Shown: piece by piece, positions 1-7,600 of the stretch
How positions within the stretch are numbered: the stretch's first letter is position 1
Layout: every line of letters begins with the position of its first letter
From: an uncultured Gammaproteobacteria bacterium
GTDB taxonomy: Bacteria; Patescibacteriota; Patescibacteriia; UBA9934
Direction: 5' to 3'
Assembly (NCBI GenBank): GCA_964582615.1
Contig: CAZORP010000004.1
Span: 1,900-65,899 of the forward strand
DNA length: 64,000 bases
Translations under genes and position numbers: made by a program
The notes under the pieces: generated by a model
Seen by the model: the letters and a program-made list of their open reading frames with translations, nothing else
Database searches by the model: none
Told to the model about the DNA's origin: nothing

Positions 1-2
1 CA

Positions 3-689
3 GCAAAGACGCTCTTTGATGCTGTGGCAATTGCGAATGAATTTAAAGAAAGAAAAGATCTTGTTGATAATCTTATTGGTGCAGATGAAAATCGTGGATG
101 CTCAGGTGGTGGGGGAGTTTCTGATTGGTATGTGGGTGCAAAGAACGCCGGATTTTCCTATATTAACGGTATCGTAGGATTTCACTATCTTGCAGTTCCT
201 GTCGCGGAACGTCCTCAGGGGTGGGATGATCAAAAGATTCTCCACGACTTCTTTCACTATGTTGCTCCTCAAGATACGTCCACCTACTTCTATCCGTTCC
301 TCATAAGCAAGGTTGGATTCACTGAAGATCCTCAGGGGGATTTGCTAGTTTCCGCGGGATCCCTTGGAAACATTCGTTCATTCGCGGAAGAGTCTCCTTG
401 GACGCTTCTTGCGGATACGCACTGTCCAAAGGGGACTTGCCCGCTAACTTCGGAAGATGCTCAGGGAATTGTTTCGTACATCGCAGATTTTGCAGAACAA
501 TTTGATGGCCATCGCCCGGCGAAGATCACTATTTACCTTCCAACGGATCTTTTTTCTGGATCAGACGATGCAGTTCTTCGGGAGCTTTTCTCGGGAATTC
601 AAGGATTGGTTGAAGAAAAGGGGGTAGTTTGGGCTACGCAGGGAGATGTGTATGATGGTGTCATGGAATATTATCGTGAAACATACTAA
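3..689 (+). CDS. hypothetical protein, 5'-truncated by window edge
   Basis: Frame is open from nt 3 with no upstream stop; 221-aa ORF from the first Met at 24; followed by an intrinsic terminator; no recognisable motif. Confidence 0.4.
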   Translation, partial: AKTLFDAVAIANEFKERKDLVDNLIGADENRGCSGGGGVSDWYVGAKNAGFSYINGIVGFHYLAVPVAERPQGWDDQKILHDFFHYVAPQDTSTYFYPFLISKVGFTEDPQGDLLVSAGSLGNIRSFAEESPWTLLADTHCPKGTCPLTSEDAQGIVSYIADFAEQFDGHRPAKITIYLPTDLFSGSDDAVLRELFSGIQGLVEEKGVVWATQGDVYDGVMEYYRETY

Positions 690-691
690 AA

Positions 692-720
692 AACATCACC
701 CAAAAGGGTGATGTTTTTTG
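692..720. terminator. bidirectional rho-independent terminator between convergent genes
   Basis: catcaccc-aaaa-gggtgatg hairpin with an A-run before and a T-run (tttttt) after. Confidence 0.6.
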
Positions 721-731
721 TTGGGCACTTG

Positions 732-1313
732 CTACTCAGCCTGCGCTACGTCTGATTCTGGAGCGAATTCCTGAGGTTGACCCATGTCGCCTGGCATCAT
801 GCGGTGCTCTCCACTCATCTCTCCACGTCCTCCTCCGCGGCGCATGTCACCAAAGATTTCACGAAGAGTTTCCTTGGAGATTCCCTCTGACTCAAGAAAT
901 GCATCCATGGATTCGCGTCGTTCCTCCATAGCAGCTTGACGCTCTTCTTCGGTCATGGAAGCGAAGCTTTCACGGTCAGATTCACGGTCTTGTTCGTGCT
1001 CTTCGTGTTGAGCTTTGAGCGCATCTGCCTGATCTTGCGTGAGCTTGCCATCGGTTACTGCTTGAGCGAGCTTTGCTTCAAGTTCAGCTTCACGTTCCTG
1101 CGCACGCTCTTCCTCCATTGCTTCGTGGTGCTCGGTGAAGACTTCGCGAACATCATCGGCGTTAAGATCGAACTTGCTTGCAAGTGTTGTAATGAGATCA
1201 TCAATCGATCCTCCGCTTGTTTTTTCTGCGGCAAATACCGTTGCGCCTGTTACTCCAGCGCCAAGCGTACTTACAAGTGCCGCACCTACCAAACCTTGTT
1301 TGAGGGTAATCAT
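732..1313 (-). CDS. secreted acidic coiled-coil protein, Spy/CpxP-like (LTXXQ motif)
   Basis: N-terminal signal-like hydrophobic segment; LTQDQ motif inside a charged helical region (KLTQDQADALKAQHEEHEQ); E/R-rich. Confidence 0.4.
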   Translation of the reverse strand: MITLKQGLVGAALVSTLGAGVTGATVFAAEKTSGGSIDDLITTLASKFDLNADDVREVFTEHHEAMEEERAQEREAELEAKLAQAVTDGKLTQDQADALKAQHEEHEQDRESDRESFASMTEEERQAAMEERRESMDAFLESEGISKETLREIFGDMRRGGGRGEMSGEHRMMPGDMGQPQEFAPESDVAQAE

Positions 1314-1403
1314 AGAAAGAAAGTGAAGAATGAAGGTGTCACTTTTTGGTGACGTTGGTACTATAAAAAAACCTCAATGAAGAAAAGATGAAGAGGATGT
1401 GGA

Positions 1404-2042
1404 TTAAGGTTTATGAAGAAAAAGCCATGATATTGGGCCAAAAATCATCCATGCAGATATCCAAGCGAGAATGCCGATGATAAGAAAAGCTTCGTAAGGA
1501 CGTTCTCGTGAGGATTGTTTGCTGAAAGCTTGTTGAGTTGCATAGACGGCGACCGATCCTTGGAGACAGCTTCCGACAAACAATAAAGATGCAATGTGCG
1601 ACGGAAGTTGTGCGGCGTAGGATATACAAAGTACGGTCATTCCAATTCCAACCGGACCAAGAAGTGCAAGTGTGGTTTTTTTGTCGGAAGATGTTGGTGC
1701 ATGAAGAATGGTTGTAGCGATAACTCCAAAGATGACCGCGGTTATTTCACTTAGCGAGAAAGAGATAATGCCTAGTAGTGGAGCTGTGCCGAATAAGATG
1801 GTGAGAATAAGCCAAAAAGGTCCATCCAAAAGAAGGGTAAGTGCGGAGAAGGGATTTTTTGGTTCTTTGAGCGTTGCACTAAAAAAACCAAGATAAAGCG
1901 CAGTTCCGATGGTTCCACCAAGAAGTGCTATGAGGATGTTGGGTGAAAATTGTAAAATAAAAATTCCCACAATAACAGCTAGAGCTGGCATGCAGACGGT
2001 AATACCTGCGTGAAGTGATGTAATAGCTTTTATAGTATTCAC
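1404..2042 (-). CDS. polytopic membrane protein of unknown function
   Basis: 212 aa, about 6 hydrophobic helices; 4-nt overlap with murI. Confidence 0.45.
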   Translation of the reverse strand: MNTIKAITSLHAGITVCMPALAVIVGIFILQFSPNILIALLGGTIGTALYLGFFSATLKEPKNPFSALTLLLDGPFWLILTILFGTAPLLGIISFSLSEITAVIFGVIATTILHAPTSSDKKTTLALLGPVGIGMTVLCISYAAQLPSHIASLLFVGSCLQGSVAVYATQQAFSKQSSRERPYEAFLIIGILAWISAWMIFGPISWLFLHKP

Positions 2043-2809
2043 AGGTCTAGAGATGTGCGAATAAGTTGATGTCCTTGATTGGGAAAAAGTTCTTGAATAT
2101 ATGCGCTAAAATTGGGGTTTGGTTGCGTGCTAAAAAACGTCACATCTCCCGATCCGTCAAGAAAGGCTTCTGGGTGGTGTGTAATGACGCTTTCTGCAAC
2201 TCGTGAGGATGGGTCAAGAAGTGGAAGGTGGTAGTTGTGCTTGGCGAGTATTTTTGCGATGTATTGTTTGGCGAGGGGGTAGTGTGTGCACCCAAGAACA
2301 ATAGCATCGGTTGGTGTTATAGAGAGGCTTTTTAGTAAAGGAAGAAGAGCTTCTTCTATGCGCTGGAGTGATTGTCGAGCGTCAATGGCATGAGCAAGAA
2401 GTGGGAGTGCAACTTCGTGCACGGTGAGGTGTTTTGGCGCGAGCCTTTGATACAGGTGCGAAGCCTCTGTTTTTGGCGTACAGATAACGGTTAGATGTTT
2501 GTAGGAATTTTCCTGAAGTAGGCGAGATATTCCCTCGTGCATAGTGATAAGTTTTGGGACTTGCCGCGCCTCTTTTGAGAAGACGGTTCCCGAAAGGGTA
2601 TTGCATGCGCACAGGGAAATATCGACATGCTCGTCATCCATTTTTTCAAGAAGAGCGGTTCCTAATATAGAAAGCTCTTTGAGAGTTTTCTCGCCGTACG
2701 GCATATTGGCATGGTCTCCAAGAAAGCGTATATCGGCGAGCGGCATGATATCAATAATGGCTCGCATGACGGAGAGTCCACCTGATCCTGAGTCAAAAAT
2801 TCCTAACAT
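2039..2809 (-). CDS. murI: glutamate racemase
   Basis: N-terminal IFDSGSGGLSV and the CACNTLS motif typical of MurI; 256 aa. Confidence 0.8.
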   Translation of the reverse strand: MLGIFDSGSGGLSVMRAIIDIMPLADIRFLGDHANMPYGEKTLKELSILGTALLEKMDDEHVDISLCACNTLSGTVFSKEARQVPKLITMHEGISRLLQENSYKHLTVICTPKTEASHLYQRLAPKHLTVHEVALPLLAHAIDARQSLQRIEEALLPLLKSLSITPTDAIVLGCTHYPLAKQYIAKILAKHNYHLPLLDPSSRVAESVITHHPEAFLDGSGDVTFFSTQPNPNFSAYIQELFPNQGHQLIRTSLDL

Positions 2810-3828
2810 ATACGGGGAATTTTTAGCGTAACAGTCGTGCCCTTGCCTTGTGTGCTTTCTATAGAGAGTCTTCCGCCAAGACGTTCAAGTGCTTCTTTTG
2901 CAAAAGCTACGCCAAGACCGCTTCCACCACGTGATCGATTGCGACTTTTTTCGACTCGGAAGAAGCGTTCTCCGATACGAGGAATATCTTCTTGTGAGAT
3001 GCCAACGCCAGTATCTTCAATGCGGACCATGACCCATGTGTCATCATGCGTTACCAAACAAGTCACGCGACCACCCTCTGGAGTGTAGCTTATGCCGTTA
3101 TGTATGATGTTGGTAAGAATGTGTGAAAGCGTTGTTTGGGGAACCTCAAAAGAGATGAGTTCTTGGGGAAAGGTAATCTCTGCAAGTGTCACGCCGTGCT
3201 CTTTTGCAAGAGGAAGAAGTCGTTCTCGTGTTGTTGTTATGACTGAGAAAAGGGATGTTTTTATATCATCTTGAGCGAAATGGTCATCAAGTGAGGCCAA
3301 GTGAAGAAGGTGCGCGATGAGGTTACGCATACGATCGATTTCTTCGAGGCTTTTTTTGAGTGGCGAAGTGCGCTGGGGGTCTTCTGATGATTGTGCATTC
3401 TCAATCTGAAGCCGAAGAATGGTGAGAGGTGTTTTAAGCTCATGAGCAGCATTGCGAACAAAATCACGCTGTTTCTCATACGCCTGTTCGATAGGGGAGA
3501 AGGTAATTCCTGCAATAACGTAACTCAGGCCTCCTGCAAAAATAAGCAGGGTAATATTTACCAGGAGAATAACAAAATGAATATCTTCTCGAAAGGCTCG
3601 AAGGTTTTCTTCAGAGGGGGGAAGAGGGAGTGCTTCATTGGTGGTAGGTCGTATGAATCGAGTATCAAGACGGAGACGTAAAAGACTATTGGTGATGCCT
3701 CCGGAAAGAAAAAGAAGTATGCACGCGAGGGATGTATACGCTAGCGTGAGGGTGACTCGAGATGTTGTGAAGAGTGCGTTAAACGAGGCGATACCCTTTT
3801 CCCCAGACGGTTTTGATGCGTTTTCCAT
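2803..3828 (-). CDS. two-component sensor histidine kinase
   Basis: Two N-terminal TM segments; H-box HELKTPLT; HATPase G-boxes (DTGVGI, GGSGLGV). Start uncertain because the ORF overlaps the RR gene by 50 nt. Confidence 0.75.
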   Translation of the reverse strand: MENASKPSGEKGIASFNALFTTSRVTLTLAYTSLACILLFLSGGITNSLLRLRLDTRFIRPTTNEALPLPPSEENLRAFREDIHFVILLVNITLLIFAGGLSYVIAGITFSPIEQAYEKQRDFVRNAAHELKTPLTILRLQIENAQSSEDPQRTSPLKKSLEEIDRMRNLIAHLLHLASLDDHFAQDDIKTSLFSVITTTRERLLPLAKEHGVTLAEITFPQELISFEVPQTTLSHILTNIIHNGISYTPEGGRVTCLVTHDDTWVMVRIEDTGVGISQEDIPRIGERFFRVEKSRNRSRGGSGLGVAFAKEALERLGGRLSIESTQGKGTTVTLKIPRIC

Positions 3829-4441
3829 AAGATGGAGGAAGTTTTTTTCGAAGATTTTTTACGTGGACATCAACGACGTTGCTTAATGAGTCAAAAAATC
3901 GGTCCCAAACATGTTCAAGAATATCTTCTCTGGTAACGACGCTTCCTTGATGTCGAAGAAAATATTCTAAAAGTCCGTACTCGCGAAGAGTGAGCGAGAT
4001 AACTTTTCCAGCAACGGCTACCTCTTGGGTTCTTGTATTTAAGTGAAGATCCTCGAGACGAAGAATGTCTTCGTGGAGAAGATTTCCCCTGCGCACAAGT
4101 GCACGAATTCTTGCGAATACCTCATCAAGTGAGAAAGGTTTTCCAAGATAATCGTCAGCTCCAGCATCGAGCCCTGTAATGCGATCGCTGGTAGCGTCCT
4201 GGGCGGTAAGAAAGAGAATAGGTGTTGCAATAGAGGCTTCTCGAAGTTTTTTGCACACATCAAGTCCTGAGATGTCAGGAAGCATGAGATCAAGAAGAAT
4301 GGCATCGTAGGTATTGATTCTTGCAAGGCTGATCCCATCTTTTCCTTTAAGGGCAATATCAACAACGCATCCGCGATTCCGCAGACCTTGCGCAAGTGCG
4401 TCTGCGAGATCTTGCTCATCCTCGATAACAAGAAGCTTCAT
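3779..4441 (-). CDS. OmpR-family response regulator
   Basis: MKLLVIEDE receiver start (D/LDLMLPD); C-terminal winged-helix ending GKGYRLV; start moved to an internal Met from the longer ORF 3779..4594. Confidence 0.8.
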   Translation of the reverse strand: MKLLVIEDEQDLADALAQGLRNRGCVVDIALKGKDGISLARINTYDAILLDLMLPDISGLDVCKKLREASIATPILFLTAQDATSDRITGLDAGADDYLGKPFSLDEVFARIRALVRRGNLLHEDILRLEDLHLNTRTQEVAVAGKVISLTLREYGLLEYFLRHQGSVVTREDILEHVWDRFFDSLSNVVDVHVKNLRKKLPPSYGKRIKTVWGKGYRLV

Positions 4442-4531
4442 AGATATCGTTATGGTAGCAAAAAAAGATGAAGAAAGCATGAAAGCGGGTGATCTTGCGG
4501 AACTTTTATCATTTGCTACGATGAGGTTCCT

Positions 4532-5167
4532 ATGAACGAAGCTATTCAAAAGGCGCTTACGTGGCGCTATGCGGTTAAGGTTTTTGACGCTCAAAAGATG
4601 GTAGATGAGAAGGTTTTTTCAACGATTCTTGAATCAGGACGCCTTGCTCCTAGTGCATTCGGACTTGAGCCTTGGAAATTTTTTGTGATTTCTAAAAAAG
4701 AACTTCGACAAGAGCTTCGAGCGGTAAGTTTTGATCAGGCGAAAGTTACCGATGCAAGTCATCTCATTGTTCTTGCTCGTCGTACGGATATGAAGACTCG
4801 TGGATGGGAAGAACTTGAGAGTCGTGTTATGGCGCAAACAGGAGCTTCATCTGAACAGCTCGCGGGATACAAGGCTATGGTTTCTGGATTTCTTGAGGGA
4901 ATGCCTGAAAATGCACTTGACGCATGGGCTCGAAGTCAGACGTACATTCCTCTTGGTATGATGATGGAAACCGCGGCACTTCTTGGTGTGGATACGTGTC
5001 CTATGGAGGGGTTTGATGCACAGAAGGTTGATGAGATTCTTGGGCTTTCACAACAAAACCTGTCTGTTACCGCAATGCTTGCTGTTGGTTACCGTGGCGA
5101 AGATGCGTATGCAGGACATCCAAAAGTTCGTCGCTCAGCTGAGGAGGTTATTGTAAAAGTTGTTTAG
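4532..5167 (+). CDS. NAD(P)H nitroreductase family protein
   Basis: RYAVKxF...LAPSAxGLEPWKFxVI pattern; 211 aa; typical nitroreductase fold signature. Confidence 0.7.
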   Translation: MNEAIQKALTWRYAVKVFDAQKMVDEKVFSTILESGRLAPSAFGLEPWKFFVISKKELRQELRAVSFDQAKVTDASHLIVLARRTDMKTRGWEELESRVMAQTGASSEQLAGYKAMVSGFLEGMPENALDAWARSQTYIPLGMMMETAALLGVDTCPMEGFDAQKVDEILGLSQQNLSVTAMLAVGYRGEDAYAGHPKVRRSAEEVIVKVV

Positions 5168-5171
5168 CAAA

Positions 5172-5199
5172 AAACACCCCAAACAGGGGTGTTTTTTAT
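5172..5199. terminator. bidirectional rho-independent terminator
   Basis: acacccc-aaaca-ggggtgt hairpin flanked by an A-run and a T-run, between convergent genes. Confidence 0.6.
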
Positions 5200-5555
5200 T
5201 AAAGATTTTTTCCGGGATAGACCGGCGGGGTGAGCGTGTCGAGAGGAAAGTCATCGGCACAGCGAAGATTGATGGCGAATGTTTTATTTCCAGCCTCGTC
5301 GATGCCTTGACTAAAAGACTTTACTCCACAAGTTTTACAGAAGAAGTGGTGAATAACGCGTTTATTGAACTGATAGTCTGCGAGCTGATCTTCGCCCTGT
5401 ATAAGTGTGAAGCGTTCTTGGGGGACAAAGGTGAGCACCCAGCCGAGTTTTGCGCAGTGGGAACAATCACACATCATGACAGCTGAAGGATCAATCTCTG
5501 CGGAAAATCGGACGGCTCCGCAATGGCAACCTCCGGTGATGGTTTGTTGTGACAT
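5199..5555 (-). CDS. GFA-family (CENP-V / glutathione-dependent formaldehyde-activating enzyme-like) zinc protein
   Basis: CHCGAV...CDCSHC...CKTCG cysteine pattern; 118 aa. Confidence 0.65.
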   Translation of the reverse strand: MSQQTITGGCHCGAVRFSAEIDPSAVMMCDCSHCAKLGWVLTFVPQERFTLIQGEDQLADYQFNKRVIHHFFCKTCGVKSFSQGIDEAGNKTFAINLRCADDFPLDTLTPPVYPGKNL

Positions 5556-5603
5556 AGGGTGTTATTGTAGCAAGAAAATTCCTTGAGGTATACTTGATGC
5601 ATT

Positions 5604-6665
5604 ATGAAAGAAGAGATGAAGCGGCTAGAAAAAGGTTCGAAAATATTTCATGATTTTCCCACGATTGTGCCATCGGTCGATGCTTTGCGTGAAGCTATTC
5701 GTAGTGATAAGCGTCCTAGCGAGTATGATCTTGGGGAAGATAGCCGCATTAAAGATCTTGAAAAGTATTTTCGCGAAGCATATCCTCTCGCAAAATATCC
5801 CAAAAAAGCCTTTGAACCTCTTGTGGTTTTTGATGGAAAAAATGAAGAGCTTGACGAGGAAAATATTCCCAACAATAAGAGCTATCTTAGTTTAGACGGA
5901 ACATTTTGTGCATACGTGGGTACCTCCGGATCTGAGGGGGTATTTCGAGATGTTGATGTTGCTTGTTTTGTTGATGAGCGCGGTAGGCATCAATCCTATA
6001 AAGAATTCGAGGCGTTGGATAGTGGCGCCTCGCGCTCCTCTTTTGTGCAAAGAGCAACGAATCCTTTTGACTTTATGTCAGGAAAGATCGTATTTACGAT
6101 AATCTCGGAAGTTACCGCACAAGAAGCTCCAGTAAAGACCGATGAGGCTATTGTAATGTGTTTGCGTAAAATTTTCAGGCTTCAAAGATCTTCTGGAAAT
6201 GAGATGTTTTCCTTGATGGTGGATCGTGCTCGCCGAGATGTTTTACCTGCCCTCTATGCTCTTGGCGCATCGCATGAGGAAGTTGATGGAATTGAGACAT
6301 TGCTTATCGATAGTACGCCCGAGAAATTCACCATGCTTCAGGAGAAAATAAAGAATTTTCTTATTCCAAAACTTTCACATGACGTTGCCTTGGAGGTTTT
6401 TAAAGATTCATTGTGGAATGTTGATGCTTTTGTTCTGGTGCGTGGAAGAAAGACTGTTCGTATTGAACAAAGAGTTACAGCTGAGCTTGATAAGGATGGT
6501 GAGATTTGGGATAGCGTCTTTGATGCGCCTCGGTGGAGCGTTCTTCAAAATACTACTTTTGTACCATCACAGCCGCTTGAGTACATGTTTTCACCGAATG
6601 ACCATGAAGAGATTTTTGATAGAGCGCTTCTTGCATTTCAAAGAATCGACAAGCTCCGCAGGTAG
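5604..6665 (+). CDS. hypothetical protein (353 aa)
   Basis: Long ORF with coding-like composition; no motif recognised. Confidence 0.4.
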   Translation: MKEEMKRLEKGSKIFHDFPTIVPSVDALREAIRSDKRPSEYDLGEDSRIKDLEKYFREAYPLAKYPKKAFEPLVVFDGKNEELDEENIPNNKSYLSLDGTFCAYVGTSGSEGVFRDVDVACFVDERGRHQSYKEFEALDSGASRSSFVQRATNPFDFMSGKIVFTIISEVTAQEAPVKTDEAIVMCLRKIFRLQRSSGNEMFSLMVDRARRDVLPALYALGASHEEVDGIETLLIDSTPEKFTMLQEKIKNFLIPKLSHDVALEVFKDSLWNVDAFVLVRGRKTVRIEQRVTAELDKDGEIWDSVFDAPRWSVLQNTTFVPSQPLEYMFSPNDHEEIFDRALLAFQRIDKLRR

Positions 6666-6677
6666 GGGAATGGGCTC

Positions 6678-6711
6678 TTGAAAAAAAGGTAAAAAAGTGC
6701 TAGTATATAAT
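6678..6711 (+). promoter_or_regulatory. sigma70-like promoter (TTGAAA, 17-nt spacer, extended -10 TGcTAGTAT)
   Basis: -35 TTGAAA at 6678-6683, TG at 6698-6699, -10 TAGTAT at 6701-6706; tataat follows immediately. Confidence 0.5.
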
Positions 6712-6712
6712 G

Positions 6713-7278
6713 TTTTTCTTAATTTCGGGAAAAACAAGGAGGGAGATGTCGGAGTATTTCAGTATACAGCCCACGCCTCCTGTTAGGGGTGGTGGGCGTG
6801 GGTTCCTTTCCGCAGAGCTTCTGCGGTTTGGAATCAGTCCCCGCTGGATTGAGGGGTTTCGCGAGCCAAGTGCGGGTGAAGTGCCCGTTCCTCGACTCGA
6901 TTCACCCCGAGCAACCTTGAGATTTGCCGTTCAGGTTGCGGCAAATCTTGGAATGAAAACCTTTGTCTCCAAGGAGCTTTATGCGTTCTTGGAGACTGGA
7001 GAGGTCTCTGTGGTTGATTGGCGGGCATGGAGTTTTTCGTGCCCTGAGGCCAGTCATTGGGCGGGTGATGTTCTCTGCCCCGCCTTTCTCCCAATTTACT
7101 ATGCACATTCGAGGGACGCCTCGGTGCTTGGTGATTGGGATGCTAGCGGTGTTGGCTTTCCTGCGTTAGCGCGGGGGAGGGGGCATAGAATCCTCGTGGT
7201 GAGGATTCGTACAGATGCCTGTACGTTCGATATCGTGTAGCGATCCGGAACGCTCTTTGTGAGAGTTCCGGTTTTTTT
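6713..7278 (+). ncRNA. candidate ~570-nt structured RNA of unknown class (alternative: small GC-rich acquired ORF 6745-7240)
   Basis: GC-enriched block versus its flanks; many local hairpins (ccgcaga..tctgcgg, gcaacct..aggttgc, gaatcctc..gaggattc, gtacag..ctgtac); own promoter and strong intrinsic terminator; ORFs open in several frames in the GC-rich manner, with a W/R/G-rich translation. Confidence 0.3.
7245..7278 (+). terminator. rho-independent terminator
   Basis: ccggaac-gctctttgtgaga-gttccgg followed by ttttttt. Confidence 0.7.
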
Positions 7279-7332
7279 ATGCCTTCACACACGATCTTGA
7301 CATACCCCTAGGGGGGTATATTATGAGACTGT

Positions 7333-7599
7333 ATGGAAAAAACCTCCCAACAAAAAATTCTTCGAAGATTAAAAATTCTTGAAGGACAGCTTCGTGGATT
7401 GCAGGAAATGATCGAAAAAGATACGTACTGTATCGATGTTATTACGCAGACTTCAGCGGTAAAGCAGGGGCTCTCAGTGGTTGAGGATATTCTTCTTGAG
7501 CGCCATCTTGGACATTGCGTTGTTCATCAAATGAAACGAGGTGAAGAAAAGAAGGCGGTTGGTGAAATACTCAAAGTTTATCAGCTTAAGCGAAAGTAG
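7333..7599 (+). CDS. csoR: CsoR/RcnR-family metal-sensing transcriptional repressor
   Basis: 88 aa; C..DV..Q..A...H.C pattern (YCIDVITQTSAV...HLGHC); directly upstream of a Cu-ATPase. Confidence 0.75.
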   Translation: MEKTSQQKILRRLKILEGQLRGLQEMIEKDTYCIDVITQTSAVKQGLSVVEDILLERHLGHCVVHQMKRGEEKKAVGEILKVYQLKRK

Positions 7600-7600
7600 T

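Noticed and set aside
936-1352. Plus-strand ORF (138 aa) antisense to the LTXXQ protein gene
   Set aside because: Cys/Phe-rich translation typical of an antisense frame; fully overlapped by a better minus-strand gene.
3779-4594. Long form of the response-regulator ORF (271 aa)
   Set aside because: The N-terminal 51 aa are not receiver-like. The canonical MKLLVIEDE start is internal.
6710-7240. Considered calling the GC-rich block tmRNA or RNase P RNA
   Set aside because: Only faint local resemblances. There is no tRNA-like 3' end with T-arm and ACCA, no short tag ORF ending in a stop, and no GGAAAGUCC / ACAGAA RNase P P4 strands. Left as an unclassified candidate RNA.
7541-7600. Upstream in-frame extension of copA (MKKRRRLVKYSKFISLSESS)
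   Set aside because: It overlaps csoR by 59 nt, and the HMA domain begins right after the Met at 7601, which lies 2 nt past the csoR stop.
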